Source of the DNA: Botryllus schlosseri
Taxonomy: Eukaryota
Length of the DNA stretch: 60,000 bases
Direction: 5' to 3'
Assembly (NCBI GenBank): GCA_051294905.1
Contig: CM119371.1
Span: 21,950,001-22,010,000 of the forward strand
Below the pieces are notes generated by a model. That model saw only the letters and a list, made by a program, of their open reading frames with translations, was not told where the DNA came from and searched no databases. This document shows positions 1-13,856 of the stretch, one piece after another (within the stretch, counting starts at the first letter, position 1; each line of letters starts with the position of its first letter). The translations under genes were made by a program, and so were the position numbers.

Positions 1-2115
1 ACGTGTTCCATACTTTTTTAAAGGGTTTACCACTCTAATGGGGTGTGACAATAAGGGTGTTCTTCCTTTGGTTCAAAAACGCTTGAAACATCTCAGACGC
101 AATGACGGAATCTCAAAATGTTCAATTATAGATAACTAGCCGCCGCCCAGCAAACACAGTACAGACCAAAGATGTAGAAAAGCCGAGCCGATATAGTAGA
201 TATTAGATCTCGGCAGGTCGTAGAAAGGGGGATTTTGTGTCGACTCAATTCAACGTCTTTTCCATGTCCTTCAATAATGTAAATATTATGCAGATGCTAC
301 AGCCTTTAAACATGGTGAGTAGAATGTAGATCCTACGTTAGAAGAAGAAGATCCTGATATAATAACCTGTTTTCTACCACTATGGGCTTAACCTGATCAC
401 GGCTGCGTACACACACCACATTATTTACTACATATTAATCACATTTGTGATAATTTTATTTCAAACGAATTGGCAATAATGCCGTTGTAAAAAATAAAAC
501 GAACAAACGAACGAATGTCTTTAGAAAGAAAGTGAAAACAGTCCTTATCATCAGGTTTCATCTTCTGATGAGCCAGTTAAATAACCAGCATGCGGCCTTT
601 TTTTTTCAACACCCTGCAGAAATAAAATGAAAATGATGATTAATAGCTAAGACATTCGTACTGCGAAAATGGCAGAGGTAGCGACTAACGAATGACTCCT
701 ACATTTTTTTCGCCCATACTTACTAAAATGGATTCGATTCTGAACTATTTCCACTCAAGTTTTCAAGTTTTATTATTATATTTTTTAATATTATATGACT
801 AGAGAACTGACTTCAATCGTCACTTCTACTTGATTATCAAGATCAACGATGACTACTTCAGCACTCTTTGAAAACAGCCACTAACACAAAAAGAATTCTT
901 GACTAAAATTTCTTCACATTCTGTCCAAAATGATCAATTCAACAATCCAAATGAATCAGTTATTTGGCAGCTAGTTGGAGAGATATATACTCAAGTCTAG
1001 AAAGTGGAATGATATTCTGCCTGGAAAGCTGAAGACCTAACAATATTGTGTACAGAGAACAAAACATTTGAGTGGCGGCACTGGTATAGACATTAATAAA
1101 TTATTAGAATTGACAGCAAGATAACCAGCAAGACATTAAAATGAGAATTAGTGCAGTTTCTTAGGCTGTAGTGATACTCAGCCAGTAATTGACCTAGCAG
1201 AGAGCAAAACGTTGTAAATAAAGCGAGCGAAACCTCCGACAAATGATACGATAAAACATTAGAATCGACAGTCTTACTAGAAGCAGAATAACAATCATGA
1301 GGGGTTAGAGAACAGAAGCCCGGGAAGTGACCATCAGAAATTACTGCATACTGGCCGAACAAATCCATGACCACTAACAAATGGTCTTTCAATAGTCAAT
1401 ATTGATACCAAATGACACCACACCTATTTCATAGCAACATTTAGCAAATACAGCGCTGGAGTCAACCTTATATAAGCCCTAACCAAACGCCCATTAGTTT
1501 TCCCACCTACTACTTCGCGGATGGAAATACGCATTAAAGCGAACGGACGCGACTTGTCACACTCTTGCTATTTCTGCTCCTTTTTTCTCTTCGTTCCTCT
1601 TCTCTGTCGCTTCCGCTTGAGGAGAGAAACAGTCGGCCGCGTTTACGGATCGTGAATTCCCGGTGGGTGATTCTTCCTCGAATGGTCAGCACCTTGAAAA
1701 TTGAGAACAATGTTGTTGCAAAATGCATGACAATTTGAAAGTTACATCATTCTAATTATTCCAGTTATGGCCGTGAATCGTTACAAGTGCGGTAACCATA
1801 AGAATTATTACTATACTTCAACTACAAATAGAATAGCCTATATTGTATAAAATGATTACCAATTCTTTTACGTTGATCGAGTCCCAAATAGATGAAATAT
1901 GTCAAAGAATTTGCTAAATTTTTGTATAATTTGACAGATTCCGAAATCTTCTCAAAGTGCACCTTTCAAAAATTTGATATCAAGACTCCCAACATTTTAC
2001 AATTCGAAGTTGGATGGCTTTACCAATACAAGCAAACAGTTTGTATCGCAATTGACAATTATGTAGAGAACGCTGCGAGACATATGAGTAGGCCTACCCT
2101 AAAACGTTTCTCTGA

Positions 2116-2801
2116 CATGGACATTAGGGCTCTTAAAATATGACTTTTTTTCACAAATCGTTCTGGCTACTTGATAAAATTGTTAGGTTACCTAATTTAA
2201 GCCTAAACACAAAATTTGGTTCAATTCCAGCCAGTAACCGCTTTGCTACAGGAGAAGAAAGTTTCTATTTATTATATAAAAATAAATAGGTAATAAAAAT
2301 TTGAGAATTTTCTGTTCACCCCATGAAAGTGTTAGGCTGTCTATAGAAACGATGCTCACCAAATTTGGTTCAATTCCAACCAGTGGAAGCGGAGATATTG
2401 CCGTCGAAAAATTTGGATTTGAATAAAATAGTATTTACGGTGACCGATTCTTTGTTTACTTATTAAAGTTGTGCTCACCGTAAGTACTATTTTATTAAAA
2501 TCCAAATTTTTCGACAGCAATAAAACTCCGCTTCCACTGGTTGGAATTGAACCAAATTTGGTGAGCATCGTTTCTATAGACAGCCTAACACTTTCATGGG
2601 GTTAACAGAAAATCTTCAAATTTTTTATTATTCATTTTTATATAATAAATAGGAACTTTCTTCTCTTGTAGCAAAGCGGATACTGGCTGGATTTGAACCA
2701 TATTTTGTTTGTAGGCTTAAATTAGGTAACCTAACAATTTTATCAAGTAGCCAGTACGATTTGAGAAAAAAAGTCATTTTTGAAGAGCCCTACTGTTCAT
2801 G
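2116..2801. mobile_element. Foldback (near-palindromic) non-autonomous DNA transposon/MITE
   Basis: Arms ~2116-2443 and ~2476-2801 are close reverse complements (tagggctcttaaaatatgac... / ...gtcatttttgaagagcccta) around a ~30 bp spacer. Related sequence at 16735-16910 and 34440-34662. Confidence 0.85.
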
Positions 2802-3235
2802 ACCGTCCACGTTTAGAGTTGCATCTCAAAGATGCTAAAATAAGCCTAAATATAATCCAAGCAATACGATCGTCCACTTTGACTGACTGAATTTCTAAAA
2901 ACACCTTGATAGCTTCCACATCTTACGTTTATATATACTGTCTGCTATCGGCACAACAAAGTAGGCCTATTTAAAAATACCAAAACAGATTCAACATACC
3001 ACATCTCTTGCAAAGGCTTTTGCTTTCATTCAATTTTCCATCAAACTTCTTTAAATCCTCCTTTGTGGTGAGTTGCTTTGGAATTCTTCTAGGATCAATT
3101 CCGATATTGTTTTATCATATACAATCTATGGCGGAATAAAATTTTCGGATAAGTTCTAAAACGAACACAATTTTCCACACAAAAGTCAATTGCCACACGA
3201 AATGCCAAATGCTACGGTCTCATTTTACAAGGTAT

Positions 3236-4340
3236 GGCGAGGAAACGTAGTGGTACGTTCCATTATAGCTAAACACCAATGAATTGCGGGTTCGAGCGTG
3301 ACACGTCGACTCCATAATTCCTACCGAAGTGTTGGCCGTTTATCTAGGCTCCTCCTCGCCATCTGATTCGCATAGCCATGTCTTAAAAAGCCTAGGAGTG
3401 GGCCGTGCTGTAAGTGGGCAGATGGTTGCCGATGCACCCGGCACTTGGTGAATTCGGCCGCACAAACTCGGCACTTGGTGAATTCGGCCCTCGGGAAATT
3501 TTGAAATGAAGTGTATTTACAGCTATTAATATGAGTTATCAAACTAATAATAGTATTATCAAGTGATTCGTCAATCTTGTAAGGAGGTCAGGGCATCCGT
3601 AGATCGCGCAGTCACGGCGTGATTAGATCACGGATTGCGTAGCGACGGGAAATAACACAGCGCTCATATACCGACCACGCTCGGTCTGCTTGGAATCGAT
3701 GGCGTGAGTCACGGGCCTGTGTCGTGTAAGTTTTGAGAAGATGGATCTTGGCGTTGTATGTGAGATCAACACTGTGGAACATCAAGCGGCGCTTCTTCGT
3801 TTATCGATCACGACAAGCCAGTGTTCCTCATCAACAAATGTTTCGCATGATCACGTCAAAATAAATTATTTTTCGCCTTTGGAGAGACGATTCCACTCTG
3901 GGATTAGGATGTCTCGATAACACGGTTGAAGGATCCCAAGATTACGAGATCTACCACGAGCCACGACACGTTTAAATTTCCTTTTTGGTACTGTTCATTC
4001 ATACTTAATGCATTTCTAATGCGAAGGTGTTCTAGTGCCAATTCCTCCAAGGGCCGAGTTCACCAAGTGAAGAGCGTCGCGTTATTTCCCGCAATTACGC
4101 AATCTGTGATCTAATCACGCCGTGACTGTGTGATCTACGCATGCCCTGACCGCCGTACAACATTGACAACCACTCAAAGTGCCAAGTTCACCGGCAAACA
4201 TTCCAGTAACCAATCATGGTGACCGGTACCGCTACGAGATCTACCACGGCCGAATTCACCAAGTGCCGAGTTTGTGCGGCCGAATTCACTAAGTGCCGAG
4301 TTCACTGGTAATCGGGCAGATACGGAATAATAATAATAAG
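3236..4340 (+). mobile_element. tRNA-derived SINE, interrupted by the 3424-4313 insertion
   Basis: B-box-like GGGTTCGAG near 3290. The body gtcgactccataattcc...tatctaggctcctcc...aaaagcctaggagtgggccgtgct matches the split minus-strand copy at 51005-54135. An (AAT)n tail resumes after 4321. Confidence 0.65.
3424..4313. mobile_element. Non-autonomous TIR DNA transposon with sub-repeated TIRs and 8-bp TSD (superfamily uncertain; MULE/Merlin-like)
   Basis: TSD GGGCAGAT at 3416-3423 and 4314-4321. TIRs are built from cggcacttggtgaattcggcc repeats. A second internal inverted pair lies at 3590-3658 / 4076-4149. Confidence 0.8.
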
Positions 4341-5504
4341 AACCGGCCTGGTGTAAAATGACTAGTGTAGTCGAACCACCACCATGAACACCACAAACAA
4401 ACAAATAAACATCTAACAAGGAAAAGAAATTACCTTTGCAGCCTTTGACAAACACAGTTACCATTGAAACCAGCAATTAAGGTCTTATTCGAAAGCAGAA
4501 TAACAACTGTTTTAGTGGACATATCAAATCAAATGTTGGAAAGTTCATGTAAAATAGCCCAAAATATTATCTTACTGTGACCATATTCCATCAATATGGT
4601 CTGGCTAGCCAAATTCTCTGGGCCAACATAATCAAGCTGCGTTTGGTTTCAACGATTAATAATCTTGTTACTGGATTCGAGGTATAATTGCACTTAAATA
4701 TCAAATTTTGCTCCATTAATCAACATCAAGTTGAAAATGTCCATTCTTGCACCAACTTTTATAAAATCATGAATCAGTGTTCTACAGGAATGTATCTATA
4801 TGACTTATATACCTAGAAAATTCAAGCATAAATATTATGATATACCGTAGGTATAGGTACCGGTAATTCAGATGTTTGAAGCGAATTATAGTGGTCTAAT
4901 TTCACTAAATTAGAGCGAAATGCTAGCAATATAATTGTAATCTAATTCGGAAAAACGGTTTAGCTCTAATTCTAACCTGGAAAAGCTGAAACTTTTCTAT
5001 AGTTGTCTACACCTGTTTTGCAGAAAGTCAAACAGCTCTAGGCGTCATATACTACAGGCAATTCGAAATACCCCATAAGCTATATGCTACTGCATATATA
5101 CCTTTAACCCGCTACCTCAGTCAGTCACAATTCCTATATATTTACGGCATTTGCCATACAGAAAGAGCGAACTATACCTGGCTGCGACCTGTTGCGCTTC
5201 AAATCTTTGTATGGCGCGATGACGTAAAATTTGAATCGCCGAAATATTCTAGAAGTCACGCATCGATAATCATATTCCTAAACGTACAACATATCACTTA
5301 TTTAGTTATTCTCTGAATAAAACTATTAACCATACTCGTTGAACATGCGAGATTACCGAAAGAGCGAATATATATATAATGAAGATCATATATATCAGAG
5401 GAAAACAAAACTATTCGACCTTAGAGCAACAACACGAATATACAACACCGGTGACATCCTCACGCAATAAAACGAAGGGAGAACATTGTTTTCTAATGGA
5501 TAGA

Positions 5505-5740
5505 ACGAAGCTACCGCATGAGATCGAACAAAACCGGATAGAATTCATCGTTATTGAATGTACCGAAAAAGTCATCCTTTCTACGTATTTTAGTCGTACC
5601 CGCGAGAGATAGAAAATTTGCATTATTAGGTTAACTACCAGATATAACGAAGCCTAATGCATGAGATGGAACAACACCGAGTATGAATTTATTCTGATTG
5701 AATATAACCACAAGACCATCCTACTACGTATTTTAGACAT
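5505..5740. repeat. Diverged ~140-bp tandem repeat (2 copies)
   Basis: gaagc..gcatgagat.gaacaa.accg...catcct..ctacgtattttag occurs at ~5508-5593 and ~5650-5737. Confidence 0.6.
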
Positions 5741-5844
5741 TCCCTCGACACTTAGAAAATCAGAACCTAATCGAGATGATCCCGGATGATCCTTTTACGG
5801 TTTTGTGTTTGCTGGGCGTATATGTTAGTTTGCCTATCTATAGT

Positions 5845-6977
5845 TTAATTTTCCAGAAGGCATTGTGTGCCAAGACAAAAAACATGAATAGTATTTTGGC
5901 CACTATGGTGAAACTGTTAATATGATTTTTGCCTCATTAACTGAATCAGTTACGCCAGATCTTACTAGAAGCAGAGAATCAATATGGCGATTTCATGTAG
6001 GCCTATATATCTGTCATGTTCGCGCATTAAGTCGAGCAGCTATGCTTACACGAGTGTATGAACTGAGAAATGAAATAGCAACTTTCCTCGAAAACACACA
6101 TATCGCTGACACATAATCTTGTAATCGAAAATGGGTATCTCATCTTGCTTTCCCGGTACATTTAACGTCACATCTGAACAAATTGAATTTGCAACTTCAG
6201 GGGGGAAACAACTAAATACATGAGATTATGATGCGCATTCAAAACAAATCTGTGACTCTGGAAATGTCAACAGTACAATGAAAATTATGCTCACTTTCCT
6301 ATACTGGAGGAGAGAAACCCTAGTACCAACACTACATTTGTAACTGCGATACGAAATTTAACTACTGAATATTCACCCACTTTTCCGACATTCCTTCTCT
6401 ACAAAATGAATTCTGACTATTCAGTACTCTGTTTAATGTGGACGCCAATAGCCTACTATTGCCTGAAAATTTCAAATGGGCCTTTCTGAAATGCGATGCA
6501 GTTGAATTGAATGACGAATTTCATACAAAGAGCATATCGCTGCATGACTTTGACAAAGAGTACGTTCTTGAAATTGGTCTTTATCCCAGCTTGACCAACA
6601 ATGCAAGAGAAATTGCATCGATTTTTGGAAGCACGTACGCATGTAAACAATAGTTTTAAACAATGGAATTCACGAAGAGCAAGCTAAGATCACGTATTTC
6701 GGAGGTCCATTTTGAATAGGGTCTGATTCTGGTTTCATCTGACTTGTTACCAGAAGTTTAAATCCTTTCACAAAGCAAGCTGCGTCAATTGTCACATTTA
6801 TTCTGTGTTGTTGAAGTGTAAATACATGTGTCTTCTGATTGGTATGATTGAGATTGCAGCAATGTATGATAATATCCCGAAGTGAACGTAAAATATAGTA
6901 CTAAGAAAAATTCCGGCCCGCCAAAAAGTTGTACACCCGAAATTGGCCCGCGACTAGCCAAAGGTTGCCGACCCCTG
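5845..6977 (+). pseudogene. Degraded hAT (Charlie/Buster, GTF2IRD2-like) transposase with 3' TIR
   Basis: Frameshifted motifs QKALCAK, HVRALSRAAMLTRVYELRNEIATFL, HLNKLNLQLQG, SIFGSTYACKQ, KSKLRSRIS. Ends in ggttgccgacccctg at 6977. Confidence 0.85.
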
Positions 6978-7083
6978 GGTTAAACAGTAGTAAAGCTATA
7001 AATCACTGATAAATTTATCTAAATTATATTGCACTTGTGCATATAGTTTTGGCTACTAATAAGGCCAAATCTGATTAGTTAAA

Positions 7084-7600
7084 ATGAGCAGGCGTAAAAC
7101 TGTTTTTCGTGACGAATATGAGAGAGGATTCAAAGGTATCTAACAAAGCTTGAAGGGCGAGTGTTTCGCACATTGCAGTATCTGCAATTGTGACATTAGC
7201 CTGGAGACCATAGGAAAGACACCCTATTTCAACTCACATTGATACCAGAAAAAACAAGAAGTGTGTCATAATGATTGATTCGAGCCAGTCGATGAATAAT
7301 TTTTTCACAAGTCGATCAGCACCAACGACCACATACTACAAGGCAGCTGCTGCAGAGGGTACCTGGGCATTCCATACTGTCGAACATCAGCAATCATTCC
7401 TCGCCAATGATGGTACATCGCAATCGTTCAAAGCAATATTCCCCGATTCCAACATCCCAAATAAGCTTTTTTTCGGCCAGTACAAAGACTATAAGCATTG
7501 TTACTGGAGTTCTTGCTCCATACGCTCAAAAATGATTTTGTCCAGACTTGGTGTGCGGCCTTTCCCATCTTGGTTGACGCCTCTAATCACAATAAGGTGA
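7084..7600 (+). pseudogene. 5' fragment of a second hAT-type transposase (BED-like zinc finger plus N-terminal region)
   Basis: MSRRKTVF...AHCSICNCDIS, AAAEGTWAFHTVEHQQSF...IFPDS, and FS(A)STKT-like motifs, with stops and frameshifts. Confidence 0.7.
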
Positions 7601-7690
7601 ATAAGTTTGGTTTATAACTATATGGGGGGCACAAGACTAACGTTCTTTTTCGACTGTCCTTATTGTTGGGTCCATGTCGATGGCAGCCCT

Positions 7691-9484
7691 ATAGGCGATA
7701 AGCGCCACTGTGTATGTGTGAATAAAACAAACGAACAACGAAGTTTGTTTAAAAGTCGCTTCAGCTTTCGCATATAACTTGTCCGAAATATGTACCAGGA
7801 AACTTTCAGACAATTTCTTATAGCACTTCGCCTACACCAGGGGTTCTCAAAGGGTGGGCAACAGGAGTAATTTGGGTGGGCCACAGAGCTATTTGGAAAA
7901 TTGTAGAATTCGTGAAAGTTTAGTTGCATTTTCCTTTTGTTCATATATTTAAAAAATATATAGAATTATCGAATTATACGTATGCTACATAAAGATTTTC
8001 ATCCGACTCTGATGAGACTTAGTGGTACATATGGAGTCACGAATGTACAAGTCGAGATGGGTGGGGATACGGCGGCTTTTGTACCTTCAGCTATGACAAC
8101 CGCCGGCCAACAGCAACGAAAATAATTTCGATTATATAATAACTGAAAGGTAATGCTATGATAAATATCCAAGTATTCCGACTGGGTCATAATGGATTGA
8201 GGAGTTGGCAAAGGACATTAATCTTCGGCGTCGGTCTAAAAAGGTCCGGGCTTGAAATCATTGTACACAATGTAAGAGTCACATGAATTGGTGGTATCAT
8301 TGGATTTAATGTTATTACTTATTACATCGTCACTTCAAAAGGTACAAGACATATATTAGGTAGGACTACATTGTATTACTAGCATATTTAAAAAAAATCT
8401 TTTCCGTTTAGTATCCCATTCATCAAAGAATTGTCTGAAGCGGGCCCAGAATGGGTATAGTATTCCCCACCAGAGTGGAATCAAACCCCCAATCGACATT
8501 TAAATATGAACACTGAACAGTAATAATAAAAACATGCGTATGTTATAAAGAAATAGCCATATCGGCGGCGATAAGCCTACCACACATTGAAATGCACTAT
8601 AACTTGAAAAGAGGTGGTCCACAGAACATTTTCAAACCGGAAAATGAACCACAGCCAAAAAATGGCTGAGAACCCCTGGCCTACACCATTGTGACACACG
8701 CCCTACGTAGACTATGAACTCTCAAGTGCCACGCCATAAAAAAATAACGGATGCACGTCCCGCGGTGGCTATAACTATAACGATGCTGAAGTAGTCTGTG
8801 TGTTGTTTGTGGATTCTGCGAGTGACACTTTAGAGCAGTGGTTCCCAACCTGGGGGGCGTGAAAGCTCGGAAGCGGGGGCGCCAAGAAGCGGTCAACTGA
8901 GAAAAAATTCGCGCTTTGCGCGACTTACCTCCAATTCACGCGTGTTTCTATATATATACAACGAATTTCATATTTTTTAATTCTCTCATGAACAGTTATA
9001 GGCCAAGTTTTTGTTGCAGTTAAATCCGTGGAAAGTTGCATTTATTTTTTAAAAAAGTTGCAGAAGTTGCGTTTTGACCTCATTTTGCTCGGTTGACTAA
9101 AAAAAGGTCAATTTCCGGCTCAGCTCTCGAAATACCCGAAAAAGCGTTAGTTCGGTGCTGATTTACGGTGTTTCAGTCGAATTTGGCCGTGTATTTCACC
9201 AAAATCGAAAATACTTTCATGAAAAATCGAGAAAGTTGCAAAAATTTGCATGAAAAAAATGGACAAAAGTTGCAAAAAGTTGCACTATAAGATTACTTCA
9301 AGCAGCTTAAAACAACAACAATCTACATATCTTACGAGTATTTTGGAAGCTGTCGGAAGCTGTCAAAAAAGTTGCAAAAGTTGCAAAAACTTGCCTTAGT
9401 TATAACCTTCCATGCCATCAAAAAATCTGTTGGAGTTGCTAGCATCCTGGTTGGATTTTGTGACTTGACGATAAGGGGGCGCGA
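7691..9484 (+). repeat. High-identity block duplicated in inverted orientation at 55234-57770
   Basis: 7691-7837 plus 8687-9484 is the reverse complement of 57606-57770 plus 55234-56020. Each copy carries a different insertion. Confidence 0.9.
7838..8678. mobile_element. Non-autonomous hAT (Buster-type) element
   Basis: TIRs CAGGGGTTCTCA / TGAGAACCCCTG. TSD GCCTACAC at 7830-7837 and 8679-8686. Empty site visible in the paralogous block near 57620. Confidence 0.92.
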
Positions 9485-9823
9485 TATTTTTCACTATCAT
9501 AAAGGGGGGCGTGTCTCAATCTTTTTGTCTTCGCGGACCGTCACGGACCAGGCGGACTCCCACGAAGTTTTAGTTCAAATTTAGCTCAATTATCATGCAA
9601 CCGTCATCTGTCTTGTGCAAATGATAACTGTGGGCTTAGTAATAAACAGCAACAAAATGACTTTTCTTGATAATAACATCATATACTATTCATCTATAGA
9701 AATTGGGTTGACTACTATTTCCAGGCGAATTCTGCAACTGCATTTGGATATGATCGCAACAAATATGGCACCAAAATTGACAAACAAATTTCTTTAATGA
9801 ACAATTGAGCATATAACGTCAAG

Positions 9824-11658
9824 CACTGGCGTAGCCAGAGAGGGGCGAAAGGGGCGATCGCCCCCCCCCCAGTTTTTGGAAAATTTTCGTGAAATCAATA
9901 GATATATTAGAGTATTTTGGGCAGATGAATGCAACCTAAAATTTTTCTTCGCGCCTCGCGCGATTTAGTGTCCGTATATGTCTTGATTTCGTTATCGTTA
10001 TCCCGAAAGAAGTTTCTTCTGCAAATACCAAATACCTATAATTATATTTAGCTGCATCTTCAATTATGAGAATGTAACAGTACAAGCAGATACACTAGAG
10101 TAGCCAGAGGTCGTTGGGTTGATTGAGTCCAGGGTTGTCAGTTCAGTATGGGAGTTGGGGAATGTTAGTTCCGGCAATTTCCGTTCCGGGACACACGAAG
10201 ACATATAAAGTAGGCCACACGCGCTTCCGCAAAGTGACGGTCATGAAACCGACGCATGTATTCAGAAGCCCAAGGTATATATTTTCGGGTGCTTAAATGG
10301 CTGGCGCCTAATCATCCTGTCCCTGCAATTAGACCCCTCCGACATTAATGCGACTGGCACAGGAAAATATCACCACCCCGTTAAAAAGTGCTAATTTGAA
10401 ATCGCACGAGTCTGATCAAAGGAGTTTTTTTAATTGGTCTGGTATGTATCAGCGATTCCAATTTTGAAAAGTAGCGCCAATCTATTCCAGGGGTTACTAA
10501 ATAACCGTGCTTCAACGAAGTAAAGTAATAACAATGGACGCCACTTGCTGCTCATATACACGCTCCAATATCATTGATCAAATTCTTCCATTTATTGAAA
10601 TAAATTTCCGCTCCGCGCGACTAGGCCCGAAATTCACACTGATTGTTCGTCACCTAGTGTCAGCGATTTGGGCTCGTCCGTGAAACGATCGCCCAATAAG
10701 CTATAGTTGGCAACAGGGAGCTTCCATAGGGTGTGTGTGTGTGTGTGTGTGTGTGCGTCTAAGAATCGTATGTATAAAGGGTAGTGATGAAATTGCCCAT
10801 GGAAGGATATACAGTTCTGCGAGGTGTTCCCACAGGAGAGCGTCGCTAAACTGCCCCCTCCAAAAAAAAAGTTTTTTCTGGCCACAACCTTGCATGTGAG
10901 CGATCTTTTCATCTTTTGAGTGATGACTGCTTTCTCCGTAAGTCATGAAGTAACAGCAATAAATGAAAATAAAATGAATGAAGGGGGACACGAAGCTTCG
11001 GTCAACTGAAAAAAAATTTCGCGCTCTGCGCGATTTATCTCCGTTTCGTGGTTATTGCTATGTGTATAGTCCGAATTTCAAATTTGTGAATTCTCTCATC
11101 AACAGTCAGATAACCTTCGATGCCATCAAACAATCCGTTGGGATTGCTCGCATTCTTGTTGCATTTTGTGATATGACGATAAGGGGGACGCGAAATTTTC
11201 CACTGTCATAAAGGGGGGCGTGTCGAAAAAAGAAACTCATAAATAGTCTTGCCGTGTGGTATGAACATAGTTCAAGATGTATATAATTAAGTGTCCCCTG
11301 AATGTTCGATGACACCACTTCTATTAGCCATACCGGTAAATATGAAAAGGAAAACGTATTTGCAATATGCAAGTAACAATATAATGAACCAATTTCATTC
11401 ATTAACCAAGCAAAATTTTCGCGCTTCGCGCGAAGTGTTGACGCCTGAGTTTTCCACAATCATTATATTATTACTAGCACTTTATGTCTGTGAGTGGAAT
11501 ATATGTGTAACGATCGCCCCAGATGTTGTGTTAATCATCCAATAAGGGCCCTAAGACCATCGTCTTTTACGTATTTTCTCCTTACCTTTAGGGGAGGGGT
11601 TCATTTACGTCATCGAATTTTTCGCCCCCCCCAAATATTTTTTCTGGCTACGCCCTTG
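9824..11658. mobile_element. Non-autonomous hAT element (CAGTGGCGTAGC-type TIR)
   Basis: Ends cactggcgtagccaga / tctggctacgcccttg. TSD ACGTCAAG at 9816-9823 and 11659-11666. Confidence 0.85.
10731..10755. repeat. (GT)n microsatellite
   Basis: About 12 GT units. Confidence 0.95.
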
Positions 11659-11896
11659 ACGTCAAGCCGGGTCATTCTATCTAGCTGCTTATCTTAAAGT
11701 TATTATGGAATTGGAAAAGTGGTTGTGTACATAACAGGAAAAAATGGATTTTTGTAAACATTTCGGAGTCACCGTGATTGACTTTAGTCATCCAACTTTT
11801 TTACGCAATCCCCAACAAAACATTTCTGATCAGCAAAATGTTTGTGTCGGTATAGGCTATTAGCAATTTAGCAGTTAAAATGTGTCTGGACAATAG

Positions 11897-12338
11897 TAGG
11901 CTTACCATATTTTGGAAATCTAAAAAGAGGACACTTTTTCAGGAATTTGCAACTTGCAAAACCGGAGTAGAATTCTCAAAAACCGGTGAATTTTTCCCAC
12001 TTTGTGATCGGTTGACTAGATAAAAAAAGGTCATCTTTTCCGCTCAGAGCTCAAAATATCGTTTTTCTCTCCACATGGCCAGGTGGATGACTAAAAAAAA
12101 GGTCATCTTTTCGCTCAGAGCTAAAATCACCGTTTTTCACTCCGAAATACCCGCCGGAGCTTCACTTCTGTGCTAATTTGCGGCATATCACTCGCAATTT
12201 GCTCTAAATCTGACCTGAATTTTCAAAAAAGAAGACAAAATCTCAAATAAGAGGACAAAAGGGCGTCCTCCGAGGACACTTTCAAAAAAGTCAAAAAAGA
12301 GGACAAATCCTCTTAAAAGAGGACGTATGGTAAGCCTA
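11897..12338. mobile_element. hAT MITE (TAGGCTTACCATA TIR, Blackjack-like)
   Basis: TIR taggcttaccata / tatggtaagccta. TSD GACAATAG / CACAATAG (1 mismatch). Subterminal GAGGAC repeats. Partial relative at ~42910-43250. Confidence 0.8.
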
Positions 12339-12645
12339 CACAATAGGATATTTCCTCTCATATAGCCATTGTGTTGATGTGAGCTCTGGAGTTTTACTAG
12401 CAATGAAGCGAAATGGCCTAGTGATTTTTCGAATTTAATAAATACGAATTAGGTTATCAACTATTTTGAGGCTTCGCGGCCCCCTGAAAATGCTTCGCGG
12501 CCCCCCGGTTGCGAATCACTGCTCATAGAGACTGTTCACAGGTTATGGATGTGACTTTACAACGCTTTGTTCATTTGCTCACTTACGGGATTTTATGCAT
12601 TCAATGTGCGAACGCGTTACAAAGCGTCGGCCTACGATATAAAAC

Positions 12646-12718
12646 CGACTCCGAAGGGACTCGGACCCTCAATCTTCTGATCCGGAATCAGACGCCTTCT
12701 CCATTAGGCCACGAAGCC
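12646..12718 (-). tRNA. tRNA-Arg (anticodon CCG), variant or possible pseudogene
   Basis: Minus strand GGCTTCGTGGCCTAATGGAGAAGGCGTCTGATTCCGGATCAGAAGATTGAGGGTCCGAGTCCCTTCGGAGTCG (73 nt) folds as a cloverleaf with anticodon loop TTCCGGA. TTTT follows one base downstream. The T-loop reads TCCGA instead of TTCGA. Confidence 0.9.
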
Positions 12719-13258
12719 CGTTGCTCGAACATTTCGGCACCTCGCGATCAAATTTGACGTGCGACGATAAATAAGGAGCTGGATTAACCTTATCCCAATG
12801 ATAGCCCGTGGCGTTGAACGCCAACAACGACGAAAAGCATTTTCCATTCCCCAAATGATATCATTATTTATCGTTGAGTTCGATATAAGTAGGTCTGCAC
12901 AGAATTACTTTTCAGGTCTCAATAACCATAGATTGAGTGGCCTAATCGACAACCCCATATACATTAGACCTGAGGGTCCCAATCTTTTTCGTCTCGTGGA
13001 CCCCGTGGCCCCCACCCTATGAAACAGTCGCCAGAGACTAAAAAAGGTGCTCTTTAACGCACAACCATTTGTTCACTGAGCAATATATTGCCAAACATAT
13101 TCAGATACGTCCGACGTCCGAACTATGTTGAATGCGGACAGCACTACACTTTGATAAAAGGCCTAGAGCTAAATTTGACCTGTTTTTTACCAGTCGGGTA
13201 GTCACTGACGAAAAATAAATCATGAAGTCCGCTTGCGATGGCCTTGAGTCGAATCGAT

Positions 13259-13476
13259 GAGAGAGAGAGAGAGAGAGAGATGATACTCTTTTTTGACTGT
13301 ACCGTCGAGATGCTTAGACGAGGGAACTGCGATACGGCCGTGAGGCCCCCGTTTTTTTCTCCTCCATGCTATCCGTGATTGCTGGGCGCCTAGCAGGATA
13401 GCCACCCCGGCCGGGGATCGAACCCACGACCTACCGCTCGAAAAGCCGGACGCATCACCATTACACTATCTCGATC
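13259..13476 (-). mobile_element. tRNA-derived SINE with (TC)n tail
   Basis: A-box TAGTGTAATGG, B-box GGTTCGATCC, a ~120-bp body and a (TC)11 tail on the minus strand. No proper cloverleaf. Confidence 0.75.
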
Positions 13477-13856
13477 GCATTGAATCAATGAATTTGGTAT
13501 GTTTTTCACGTTAACTCATATGTTGCTTTAAAAGGTAAACATTTTCACCAGCGGTTTTGTGCTGAATTCGGCTTGAATTTTTTACCGTTTAGTAGTGTAA
13601 CAACTTATAAGGTTATGTCTCTGTAATTAGAACTCAGACGAAGTAGATGTCCCAATGTATAGGCTGTAGCTGTCTGGTACTTAACTGAGAGAATGTCCTG
13701 CGTTGTAGTCGTGAAGTTCTTCGTACAAATATATTGTTCATACACAGTTTATTCAACGTATTCCAGGAGGTTAGCATGAAGTCTCATCTCGAGTCAACTA
13801 AACATGCGCTTATGTAGACTCGTGATCATTGCAATCGGAAGTCTTATTCGTATCCT

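Noticed and set aside
700..1480. 99-aa minus ORF and an FHFLDLSI motif suggestive of Penelope/LINE reverse transcriptase
   Set aside because: A single short motif amid stops, with no YxDD or other RT motifs found.
8836..12521. One large hAT element with TSD ctttagag / ctc(a)tagag
   Set aside because: The TSD match needs both a substitution and an indel, and the paralogous copy diverges at 55234. Two fused elements are equally likely.
13405..13476. Second tRNA gene
   Set aside because: Has A and B boxes but no consistent acceptor/anticodon stems, and continues into a body with a (TC)n tail, so it is a SINE head.
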